Shown here piece by piece: positions 15,001 through 28,295 of a DNA stretch of 64,000 bases. The notes beneath the pieces were generated by a model that made no database searches, was not told the DNA's origin, and worked only from the letters and a program-made list of their open reading frames with translations. How positions within the stretch are numbered: the first letter of the stretch is position 1; each line of letters opens with the position of its first letter. The position numbers were made by a program, and so were the translations under genes. This DNA is from Octopus sinensis (lineage: Eukaryota), in the NCBI RefSeq assembly GCF_006345805.1, contig NW_021833228.1, positions 160,651 to 224,650 of the forward strand, in the 5' to 3' direction.

Positions 15001-18000
15001 TAGTTAACTAAACACTTTTAAACTTCGTATACTGGTAGAATGTGTCGAAAGAAAACATTATTTGGATCTTTCCCTTTTGATAGACAGATTTCAACACAAT
15101 TTCTAGTTAACTAAACACTTTTAAACTTCGTATACTGGTTGAATGTGTCGAAAGAAAACATTATCTGAATCTTTCCCTTTTGATAGACAGATTTCAACAC
15201 AATTTCTAGTTAACTAAACACTTTTAAACTTCGTATACTGGTAGAATAGTGATGTGTCAAAAAACAACTTTATTTGGATCTTTTCCTTTTGGATAGACAG
15301 ATTTCAGCACAAATTCTAGTTAACTAACACTTTTAAACTTCGTATACTGGTAGAATGTGTCGAAAGAAAACATTATTTGGATCTTTCCCTTTTGATAGAC
15401 AGATTTCAACACAATTTTTAGTTACCTAAACACTTTTAAACATCGTATACTGGTAGAATGTGTCAAAAGACAACATTATTTGGATCTTTTCCTTTTGATA
15501 GACAGATTTCAACACAATTTCTAGTTAACTAAACACTTTTAAACTTCGTATACTGGTAGAATGTGTCGAAAGAAAACATTATTTGGATCTTTTCCTTTTG
15601 ATAGACAGATTTCAACACAATTTCTAGTTAACTAAACACTTTTAAACTTTGTATACTGGTAGAATGTGTCGAAAGAAAACATTATTTGGATCTTTCCCTT
15701 TTGATAGACAGATTTCAACACAATTTCTAGTTAACTAAACACTTTTAAACTTCGTATACTGGTAGAATGTGTCAAAAAACAACTTTATTTGGATCTTTTC
15801 CTTTTGATAGACAGATTTCAGCACATATTCTAGTTAACTAAACACTTTTAAACTTCGTATACTGGTAGGATGTGTTGAAAGAAAACATTATTTGGATCTT
15901 TTCCTTTTGAACGGCAGTTATCAACACAATTTCTAGTTAACTAAACACTTTTAAACTTCGTATATACTGTAGAATGTGTCAAAAGACAACATTATTTGGA
16001 TCTTTTCCTTTTGATAGACAGATTTCAACACAATTTCTAGTTAACTAAACACTTTTAAACTTCGTATACTGGTAGAATGTGTCGAAAGACAACATTATTT
16101 GGATCTTTTCCTTTTGATAGACAGATTTCAACACAATTTCTAGTTAACTAAACACTTTTAAACTTCGTATACTGGTAGAATGTGTCAAAAGACAACATTA
16201 TTTGGATCTTTTCCTTTTGATAGACAGATTTCAACACAATTTCTAGTTAACTAAACACTTTTAAACTTCGTATACTGGTAGAATGTGTCGAAAGAAAACA
16301 TTATTTGGATCTTTTCCTTTTGATAGACAGATTTCAACACAATTTCTAGTTAACTAAACACGTTTAAACATCGTATAATGGTAGAATGTGTCAAAAGACG
16401 ACGTTATTTGGATCTTTTCCTTTTGATAGACAGATTTCAACACAATTTCTAGTTAACTAAACACTTTTAAACTTCGTATACTGGTTGAATGTGTCGAAAG
16501 AAAACATTATCTGAATCTTTCCCTTTTGATAGACAGATTTCAACACAATTTCTAGTTAACTAAACACTTTTAAACTTCGTATACTGGTAGAATGTGTCAA
16601 AAAACAACTTTATTTGGATTTTTCCTTTTGATAGACAGATTTCAGCACAAATTCTAGTTAACTAAACACTTTTAAACTTCGTATACTGGTAGGATGTGTC
16701 GAAAGAAAACATTATTTGGATCTTTTCCTTTTGATAGACATTTCAACACAATTTCGAGTTAACTAAACACTTTTAAACTTCGTATACTGGTAGAATGTGT
16801 CGAAAGAAAACATTATTTGGATCTTTCCCTTTTGATAGACAGATTTCACACAAATTCTAGTTAACTAAACACTTTAAAACTTCGTATACTGGTAGAATGT
16901 GTCAAAAGACAACATTATTTGGATCTTTTCCTTTTGATAGACAGATTTCAACACAATTTCTAGTTAACTAAACACTTTTAAACTTCGTATACTGGTAGAA
17001 TGTGTCAAAAGACAACATTATTTGGATCTTTTCCTTTTGATAGACAGATTTCAACAACACATTTCTAGTTAACTAAACCTTTTAAACTTCGTATACTGGT
17101 AGAATGTGTCGAAAGAAAACATTATTTGGATCTTTCCCTTTTGATAGACAGATTTCAACACAATTTCTAGTTAACTAAACACTTTTAAACATCGTATACT
17201 GGTAGAATGTGTCAAAAAACAACTTTATTTGGATCTTTTCCTTTTGATAGACAGATTTCAGCACATATTCTAGTTAACTAAACACTTTTAAACTTCGTAT
17301 ACTGGTAGGATGTGTTGAAAGAAAACATTATTTGGATCTTTTCCTTTTGAACGGCAGTTATCAACACAATTTCTAGTTAACTAAACACTTTTAAACTTCG
17401 TATACTGGTAGAATGTGTCAAAAGACAACATTATTTGGATCTTTTCCTTTTGATAGACAGATTTCAACACAATTTCTAGTTAACTAAACACTTTTAAACT
17501 TCGTATACTGGTAGATGTGTCGAAAGACAACATTATTTGGATCTTTCCTTTTGATAGACAGATTTCAACACAATTTCTAGTTAACTAAACACTTTTAAAC
17601 TTCGTATACTGGTAGAATGTGTCAAAAGACAACATTATTTGGATCTTTTCCTTTTGATAGACAGATTTCAACACAATTTCTAGTTAACTAAACACTTTTA
17701 AACTTCGTATACTGGTAGAATGTGTCGAAAGAAAACATTGTTTGGATCATTCCCTTTTGTTAGACAGTTTTCAACACAATTTCTAGTTAACTAAACACTT
17801 TTAAACTTCGTATACTGGTAGAATGTGTCAAAAGACAACATTATTTGGATCTTTTCCTTTTGATAGACAGATTTCAACACAATTTCTAGTTAACTAAACA
17901 CTTTTTAACTTCGTATACTGGTAAGATGTGTCGAAAGAAAACATTATTTGGATCTTTCCCTTTTGATAGACAGATTTCAAACAATTTCTAGTTAACTAAA

Positions 18001-21000
18001 CACTTTAAAACTTCGTATACTGGTAGAATGTGTCAAAAGACAACATTATTTGGATCTTTTCCTTTTGATAGACAGATTTCAACACAATTTCTAGTTAACT
18101 AAACACTTTTAAACTTCGTATACTGGTAGAATGTGTCAAAAGACAATATTATTTGGATCTTTTCCTTTTGATAGACAGATTTCAACACAATTTCTAGTTA
18201 ACTAAACACTTTTAAACTTCGTATACTGGTAGAATGTGTCGAGAGAAAACATTATTTGGATCTTTCCCTTTTGATAGACAGATTTCAACACAATTTTTAG
18301 TTAACTAAACACTTTTAAACTTCGTATACTGGTAGAATGTGCCAGAAGACAACATTATTTGGATCTTTTCCTTTTGATAGACAGATTTCAACACAATTTC
18401 TAGTTAACTAAACACTTTAAACTTCGTATACTGGTAAAATGTGTCAAAAGACAACATTATTTGGATCTTTTCCTTTTGATAGACATTTCAACACAATTTC
18501 TAGTTAACTAAACACTTTTAAACTTCGTTATACTGGTTATAGAGTGTGTCAAAAGACAACATTATTTGGATCTTTTCTTTTGATAGACAGATTTCAACAC
18601 AATTTCTAGTTAACTAAACACTTTTAAACTTCGTATACTGGTAGAATGTGTCGAAAGAAAACATTATTTGGATCTTTCCCTTTTGATAGACAGATTTCAA
18701 CACAATTTCTAGTTAACTAAACACTTTTAAACTTCGTATACTGGTAGATAGAATGTGTCAAAAGACAACATTATTGGATCTTTTCCTTTTGATAGACAGA
18801 TTCAACACAATTTCTAGTTAACTAAACACTTTTAAACTTCGTATACTGGTAGAATGTGTCAAAAGAAAACATTTTTTGGATACTTTCCTTTTGATAGACA
18901 GATTTCAACACAATTTCTACTTAACTAAACACTTTTAAACTTCGTATACTGGTAGAATGTGTCAAAAAACAACATTATTTGGATCTTTTCCTTTTGATAG
19001 ACAGATTTCAACACAATTTCTAGTTAACTAAACACTTTTAAACTTCGTATACTGGTAGAAGATGTCGACAGAAAACATTATTTGGATCTTTTCCTTTTGA
19101 TAGACATATTTCAACCCATTTTCTAGTTAACTAAACACTTTTAAACTTCGTATACTTGTAGAATGTGTCAAAAGAAAACATTACTTGGATCTTTCCCTTT
19201 TGATAGACAGATTTCAACACAATTTCTAGTTAACAAACACTTTTAAACTTCTTATACTGGTAGAATGTGTCAAAAGACAACATTTTTTGGATCTTTTCCT
19301 TTTGATAGACAGATTTCAACACAATTTCTATTTAACTAAACATTTTAAACTTCGTATACTGGTAGGATGTGTCGACAGAAAACATTATTTGGATCTTTTC
19401 CTTTTGATAGACAGATTTCAACACAATTTCTAGTTAACTTAACACTTTTAAACTTCGTATACTGGTAGAGTGTGTCAAAAGACAACATTATTTGGATCTT
19501 TTCCTTTTGATAGACAGATTTCAACACAATTTCTAGTTAACTAAACACTTTTTACTTCGTATACTGGTAGTAGATGTGTCAAAAGACAACATTACTTGGA
19601 TCTTTGCCTTTTGATTGACAGATTTCAACACAATTTCTAGTTAAGTAACACTTTTAAACTTCATATACTGGTAGGATGTGTCGAAAGAAAACATTATTTG
19701 GATCTTTCCCTTTTGATAGACAGATTTCAACACAATTTCTAGTTAACTAAACACTTTTAAACTTCGTATACTGGTAGAATGTGTCAAAAGAAAACATTAT
19801 TTGGATCTTTTCCTTTTGATAGACAGATTTCAACCCAATTTCTAGTTAACTAAACACTTTTAAACTTCGTATACTGGTAGAATGTGTCACAAGAAAACAT
19901 TATTTGGATCTTTCCCTTTTGATAGACAAATTTCAACACAATTTCTAGTTAACTAAACACTTTTAATCTTCGTATACAGGTAGAATGTGTCAAAATAAAA
20001 CATTATTTGGATCTTTCCCTTTTGATAGACAGATTTCAACACCATTTCTATTTAACTAAACACTTTTAAACTTCGTATACTTGTAGAATGTGTCAAACGA
20101 AAACATTAGTTGGATCTTTTCCTTTTGAACGGCAGTTTTCAACACAATTTCTAGTTAACTAAACACTTTTAAACTTCGTATACTGGTAGAATGTGTCAAA
20201 AGACAACATTACTTGGATCTTTGCCTTTTGATAGACAGATTTCAACACAATTTCTAGTTAAGTAAACACTTTTAAACTTCATATACTGGTAGGATGTGTC
20301 GAAAGAAAACATTATTTGGATCTTTCCCTTTTGATAGACAGATTTCAACACAATTTCTAGTTAACTAAACACTTTTAAACTTCGTATACTGGTAGAATGT
20401 GTCAAAAGACAACATTATTTGGATCTTTTCCTTTTGATAGACAGATTTCAACCCAATTTCTAGTTAACTAAACACTTTTAAACTTCGTATACTGGTAGAA
20501 TGTGTCACAGGAAAACATTATTTGGATCTTTCCCTTTTGATAGACAGATTTCAACACAATTTCTAGTTAACTAAACACTTTTAAACTTCGTATACTGGTA
20601 GAATGTGTCAAAAGAAAACATTATTTGGATCTTTTCCTTTTGATAGACAGATTTCAACCCAATTTCTAGTTAACTAAACACTTTTAAACTTCGTATACCG
20701 GTAGAATGTGTCAAAAGAAAGCATTTGGATCTTTGCCTTTTGATAGACAGATTTCAACACAATTTGTAGTTAACTAAACACTTTTAAACTTCGTATACTG
20801 GTAGAATGTGTCAAAAGAAAACATTACTTGGATCTTTTCCTTTTGATAGACAGATTTCAACAGAATTTCTACTTAACTAAACACTTTTAAACTTCGTATA
20901 CTGGTAGAATGTGTCAAAAGACAACATTATTTGGATCTTTTCCTTTTAATAGACAGATTTCAACACAATTTCTAGTTAACTAAACACTTTTAAACTTCGT

Positions 21001-24000
21001 ATACTGGTAGAATGTGTCAAAAGAAAACATTACTTGGATCTTTTCCTTTTGATAGACAGATTTCAACACAATTTCTAGTTAACTAAAGACTTTTAAACTT
21101 CGTATACTGGTAGCATGTGTCAAAAGAAAACATTACTTGGATCTTTTCCTTTTGATAGACAGATTTCAACACAATTTCTAGTTAACTAAACAGTTTTAAA
21201 CTTCGTATACTGGTAGAATGTGTCGAAAGAAAACATTATTTGGATCTTTTCCTTTTGATTGACAGATTTCAACACAATTTCTAGTTAACTAAACACTTTT
21301 AAACTTCGTGTACTGGTAGAATTTGCCAGAAGACAACATTATTTGGATCTTTTCCTTTTGATAGACAGATTTCAACACAATTTCTAGTTAACTAAACACT
21401 TTAAATATCGTATACTGGTCGAATGTGTCAAAAGACAACATTATTTGGATCTTTTCCTTTTGATAGACAGATTTCAACACAATTTCTAGTTAACTAAACA
21501 CTTTTAAACTTCGTATACTGGTAGAAGGTGTCGAAAGAAAACATTATTTGGATCTTTCCCTTTGATTGACAGATTTCAACACAATTTCTAGTTAACTAAA
21601 CACTTTTAAACTTCGTATACTGGTAGAATGCGTCAAAAGAAAACATTACTTGGATCTTTCCCTTTTGATAGACAGATTTCAACACAATTTCTACTTAACT
21701 AAACACTTTTAAACTTCGTATACTGGTAGAATGTGTCAAAAGACAACATTATTTGGATCTTTTCCTTTTGATAGACAGATTTCAATACAATTTCTAGTTA
21801 ACTAAACACTTTTAAACTTCGTATACTGGTAGAATGTGTCAAAAGAAAACATTACTTGGATCTTTTCCTTTTGATAGACAGATTTCAACACAATTTCTAG
21901 TTAACTAAACACTTTTTAACTTCGTATACTGGTAGAATGTGTCAAAAGAAAACATTACTTTACTTGATCTTTTCCTTTTGATAGACAGATTTCAACACAA
22001 TTTCTAGTTAACTAAACACTTTTAAACTTCGTATACTGGTAGCATGTGTCAAAAGAAAACATTACTTGGATCTTTTCCTTTTGATAGACAGATTTCAACA
22101 ATTTCTAGTTAACTAAACACTTTTAAACTTCGTATACTGGTAGGTAGAAGGTGTCGAAGAAAGAAAACATTATTTGGATCTTTTCCTTTTGATAGACAGA
22201 TTTCAACACAATTTAGTTAACTAAACACTTTTAAACTTCGTATACTGGTAGGTAGGATGTGTCGAAAGACAACATTTTGGATATTTTCCTTTTGATAGAC
22301 AGATTTCAACACAATTTCTAGTTAACTAAACACTTTTAAACTTCGTATACTGGTAGAATGTGTCGAAAGAATACTTTATTTGGATCTTTTCCTTTTGATA
22401 GACAGATTTCAACACAATTTCTAGTTAACTAAACAGTTTTAAACTTCGTATACTGGTAGAATGTGTCGAAAGAAAACATTATTTGGATCTTTTCCTTCTG
22501 ATAGACAGATTTCAACACAATTTCTAGTTAACTAAACACTTTTAAACTTCGTATACTGGTAGAATGTGCCAGAAGACAACATTATTTGGATCTTTTCCTT
22601 TTGATAGACAGATTTCAACACAATTTCTAGTTAACTAAACACTTTAAATATCGTATACTGGTAGAATGTGTCAAAAGACAACATTATTTGGATCTTTTCC
22701 TTTTGATAGACAGATTTCAACACAATTTCTAGTTAACTAAACACTTTTAAACTTCGTATACTGGTAGAAGGTGTCGAAAGAAAACATTATTTGGATCTTT
22801 CCCTTTTGATTGACAGATTTCAACACAATTTCTAGTTAACTAAACACTTTTAAACTTCGTATACTGGTAGAATGCGTCAAAAGAAAACATTACTTGGATC
22901 TTTCCCTTTTGATAGACAGATTTCAACACAATTTCTACTTAACTAAACACTTTTAAACTTCGTATACTGGTAGAATGTGTCAAAAGACAACATTATTTGG
23001 ATCTTTTCCTTTTGATAGACAGATTTCAATACAATTTCTAGTTAACTAAACACTTTTAAACTTCGTATACTGGTAGAATGTGTCAAAAGAAAACATTACT
23101 TGGATCTTTTCCTTTTGATAGACAGATTTCAACACAATTTCTAGTTAACTAAACACTTTTTAACTTCGTATACTGGTAGAATGTGTCAAAAGAAAACATT
23201 ACTTGGATCTTTTCGTTTTGATAGACAGATTTCAACACAATTTCTAGTTAACTAAACACTTTTAAACTTCGTATACTGGTAGAAGGTGTCGAAAGAAAAC
23301 ATTTTTTGGATCTTTTCCTTTTGATAGACAGATTTCAACCCAATTTCTATTTAACTAAACACTTTTAAACTTCGTCTACTGGTAGAATGTGTCAAAAGAA
23401 AGCATTTGGATATTTTCCTTTTGATAGACAGATTTCAACACAATTTCTACTTAACTAAACACTTTTAAACTTCGTATACTGGTAGAATGTGTCGAAAGAA
23501 AACTTTATTTGGATCTTTTCCTTTTGATAGACAGATTTCAACACAATTTCTAGTTAACTAAACACTTTTGAACTTCGTATACTGGTTGAATGTGTCGAAA
23601 GAAAACATTATTTGGATCTTTTCCTTTTGATAGACATATTTCAACACAATTTCTAGTTAACTAAACACTTTTAAACTTCGTATACTGGTAGAATGTGCCA
23701 AAAGACAACATTATTTGGATCTTTTCCTTTTGATAGACAGATTTCAACACAATTTCTAGTTAACTAAACACTTTTAAACTGCGTATACTGGTAGAGTGTG
23801 TCAAAAGACAACATTATTTGGATCTTTTCCTTTTGATAGACAGATTTCAACACAATTTCTAGTTAACTAAACACCTTTAAACTTCGTATACTGGTATAGT
23901 GTGTCAAAAGACAACATTATTTGGATCTTTTCCTTTTGATAGACAGATTTCAACACAATTTCTAGTTAACTAAACACTTTTAAACTTCGTATACTGGTTG

Positions 24001-25265
24001 AATGTGTCAAAAGACAACATTACTTGGATCTTTGCCTTTTGATAGACAGATTTCAACACAATTTCTAGTTAACTAAACACTTTTAAACTTCGTATACTGG
24101 TAGGATGTGTCGAAAGAAAACATTATTTGGATCTTTTCCTTTTGATAGCCAGATTTCACTTCGTATACTGGTAAAATGTGTCAAAAGAAAACATTATTTG
24201 GATCTTTTCCTTTTGATAGACAGATTTCAACACAATTTCTAGTTAACTAAACACTTTTGAACTTCGTATACTGGTAGAATGTGTCAAAAGACAACATTAT
24301 TTGGATCTTTCCCTTTTGATAGACAGATTTCAACACAATTTCTAGTTAACTAAACACTTTTGAACTTCGTATACTGGTAGAATGTGTCAAAAGACAACAT
24401 TATTTGGATCTTTCCCTTTTGATAGACAGATTTCAACACAATTTCTAGTTAACTAAACACTTTTAAACTTCGTATACTGGTTGAATGTGTCAAAAGACAA
24501 CATTACTTCAATCTTTGCCTTTTGATAGACAGATTTCAACACAATTTCTAGTTAACTAAATACTTTTAAACTTCGTATACTGGTAGGATGTGTCGAAAGA
24601 AAACATTATTTGGATCTTTTCCTTTTGATAGCCAGATTTTACTTCGTCATACTGGTAAAATGTGTCAAAAGAAAACGTCATTTGGCTTTGGATCTTTTTC
24701 TTTTTGATACGACAGATTTCAACACAATTTCTAGTTAACTAAACACTTTTTAAACTCGTATACTGGTAGAATGTGTCAAAAGAAAACATTTGGGATCTTT
24801 TTCTTTTTGATAGACAGATTTCAACCTTTTTTTTTACACCCAATTTCTGTTACTACCTTTTAAACTTCGTATACTGGTAGGTGTGTCAAAAGACAACATT
24901 ATTTGGATCTTTTCCTTTTGATAGACAGATTTCAACACAATTTCTAGTTAACTAAACACTTTTAAACTTCGTATACTGGTTGAATGTGTCAAAAGACCAA
25001 CATACTTTGATCTTTGCCTTTTGATAGTACAGATTTCAACACAATTTCTAGTTAGCTAAACACTTTTAAACTTCGTATACTGGTAGAATGTGTCAAAAAG
25101 AACATTTGGATATTTTCCTTTTGATAGACATATTTCAACACAATTTCCAGTTAACTAAACACTTTTTAAACTCGTATACGGTAGAATGTGTCAAAAGAAA
25201 ACATTTGGATCTTTTCCTTTTGATAGACAGATTTCAACACAATTTCTAGTTACTAACACTTTTAA

Positions 25266-26329
25266 ACCTTCGTTACTATATTTCTGACCAAAATACACCC
25301 TATGTTTTCATTAAATTCTAAAATAATCAGAATCCAGCTTGTTTTCACTAAATAACTAACTTTTTTACTTATCAACATATAAATGTGATATTTGGAACAT
25401 ATTAAAGAAAGGTTTCTTAATCATTCTATTTCATAACTTTTTTCTCAAAGTGACTTTAATTAACATGTAATCCAGGTAAATTGAGCAAAAGGTAAAAATA
25501 TTAAAATTTTGTTTTAAACATCACCATAGAAATAATCATCAGCTAATATCAAATGGGTATGCAACAAAATTTTGTAAAGAAGAATTGTGCACATCACTAT
25601 TCATCAGTTGAATTTAATGCACAACAGGTGTACCATAAAGTGGAAATAAGTGAAATACTGGAATCCACCGTAAGTTTGACCGAACTAAAGAAATCAGTCA
25701 AAAAATAATAGTACGCCCTAGTTATGGTATGGAAGTGGATAAATTCCAGACCACATCGTTCCCTAGGCCATGCTGACTAACATTATTTTCCTTGTATAAA
25801 AACTAAATCCACGCAGTACCCAGTATTGCTTCACAAATTTTCCGAATTTGAACCCCCCCTTTTGAGTTTGTTTACATTCTGCGTAAGTTTGTTTCCGCAT
25901 TGATCGCTTCAAACAATAACTTCCAGAAACCAACATCATACGCTAAGCCATGCTGACTAACATTAGTTTCCCTGTATACAACTAAAATCCACAACAAGTA
26001 CCAGTATTTTGTTTCCAAAATTTTTTCAATCGGAAATCATGCTTGATAACATGAAACTCCTATCTATTTTCAAAGTTGAAGAAAAATCGATGTCCATAAA
26101 AATGTGGAAAATGATCTCCCAAAATTCAGGGGATTGAAATTACACCGTTGAATCTTTGTACAAACTGTAGATGAACTGTTTACGAAGTATACATCATACG
26201 TTTTCACGAATGTACAATGAGATTGCTCTGATATTCTCATTAAATAGAATAGGTAAATTGGGCGGTTTGGTCACATTAAGCCAAATATTTTTTTCGGACG
26301 GCTATTGGGCGGTTTGGTTAACGAAAGGG
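25266..26329 (+). mobile_element. piggyBac-like non-autonomous element (MITE-like), copy 1
   Basis: Starts after TTAA (25262-25265) with degenerate ACCTTCGTTAC and ends GTTAACGAAAGGG. Colinear with copy 2, no transposase ORF; termini carry indels. Confidence 0.8.
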
Positions 26330-27223
26330 TTTTAAAACTTCGTATACTGGTAGAATGTGTCAAGAGAAAACATTATTTGGATCTTTTCCTTTTGATAGAC
26401 AGATTTCAACACAATTTCTAGTTAACTAAACACTTTTGAACTTCGTATACTGGTTGAATGTGTCAAAAGACAACATTACTTCAATCTTTGCCTTTTGATA
26501 GACAGATTTCAACACAATTTCTAGTTAACTAAATACTTTTAAACTTCGTATACTGGTAGGATGTGTCGAAAGAAAACATTATTTGGATCTTTTCCTTTTG
26601 ATAGCCAGATTTTACTTCGTATACTGGTAAAATGTGTCAAAAGAAAACATCATTTGGATCTTTTCCTTTTGATAGACAGATTTCAACACAATTTCTAGTT
26701 AACTAAACACTTTTGAACTTCGTATACTGGTAGAATGTGTCAAAAGAAAACATTTGGATATTTTTCTTTTTGATAGACAGATTTCAACCCAATTTCTAGT
26801 TAACTAAACACTTTTAAACTTCGTATACTGGTAGAGTGTGTCAAAAGACAACATTATTTGGATCTTTTCCTTTTGATAGACAGATTTCAACACAATTTCT
26901 AGTTAACTAAACACTTTTAAACTTCGTATGCTGGTTGAATGTGTCAAAAGACAACACTACTTGGATCTTTGCCTTTTGATAGACAGATTTCAACACAATT
27001 TCTAGTTAGCTAAACACTTTTAAACTTCGTATACTGGTAGAATGTGTCAAAAGAAAGCATTTGGATATTTTCCTTTTGATAGACATATTTCAACCCAATT
27101 TCCAGTTAACTAAACACTTTTAAACTTCGTATACTGGTAGAATGTGTCAAAAGAAAACATTTGGATCTTTTCCTTTTGATAGACAGATTTCAACACAATT
27201 TCTAGTTAACTAAACACTTTTAA

Positions 27224-28295
27224 CCCTTTCTTTACTATATTTCTGACCAAAATACACCCCTCATGATTTTCAATTAAATTCTAAAATAATCATGAATCTA
27301 GGCTTGTTTCACTAAATAACTAACTTTTTTACTTATCAACATATAAATGTGATATTTGGAACATAATTAAAGAAAGGGTTCTTAATCAATTCTATTGCAT
27401 AACTTTTTTCTCAAAGTGACTTTAATTACAGGTAAATCCAGGTAAATTGAGCAAAAGGTAAAAATATTAAAATTTTGTTTAAACATCACCATAGAAAATA
27501 AATCATCAGCTAATATTCAAATGGGTATGCAACAAAATTTTGATAAAGAAGAATTGTGCACATCACTATATCATCAGTTGAATTTAATGCACAACAGGTG
27601 TACCATAAAGGTGGAATAAACTGAAATATTGGAATCCACCGTAAGTTTGACCGAACTAAAGAAATCAGTCAAAAAATAATATACGGCCCTAGTTATGGTA
27701 TGGAAGGGATAAATTCCAGACCACATCGTTCCCTAGGCCATGCTGACTAACATTATTTTCCTTGTATAAAAACTAAATCCACGCAGTACCCAGTATTTGC
27801 TTCACAAATTTTCCGAAATTTGAACCCCCATTTTGAGTTTGTTTACATTCTGCGTAAGTTTGTTTCCGCATTGATCGCTTCAAACAATAACTTCCAGACC
27901 ACATCATACGCTAAGCCATGCTGACTAACATTAGTTTCCCTGTATACAAACTAAATCCACAACAGTACCCAGTATTTGTTTCACAAATTTTTCAATTCGG
28001 AATCAATGCTTGATAACATGAAACTCCTATCTATTTTCAAAGTTGAAGAAAAATCGATGTCCATAAAAATGTGGAAAATGATCTCCCAAAATTCAGGGAA
28101 TTGAAATTACACGTTGATCTTTGTACAAAACTGTAGATGAACTGTTTACGAAGTATAATCATACGTTTTCACGAATGTACTAATGAGATTTGCTCTGATA
28201 TTCTCATTTAAATAGGAATAGGTAAATTTGGGCGGTTTGGTCACATTAAGCAAAATATTTTTCGGACGGCTTTGGGCGGTTTGGTAACGAAAGGG
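27224..28295 (+). mobile_element. piggyBac-like non-autonomous element (MITE-like), copy 2, 1072 bp
   Basis: TTAA|CCCTTTCTTTAC ... GTAACGAAAGGG|TTAA: TTAA duplication at 27220-27223 and 28296-28299, 12-bp TIR with one mismatch, repeated subterminal TTGGGCGGTTTGGT at the right end. TTAA TSD with CCC...GGG termini is the piggyBac signature. Confidence 0.9.

Noticed and set aside
19345-19527. 60-aa ORF in the satellite
   Set aside because: Chance stop-free frame across two variant monomers.
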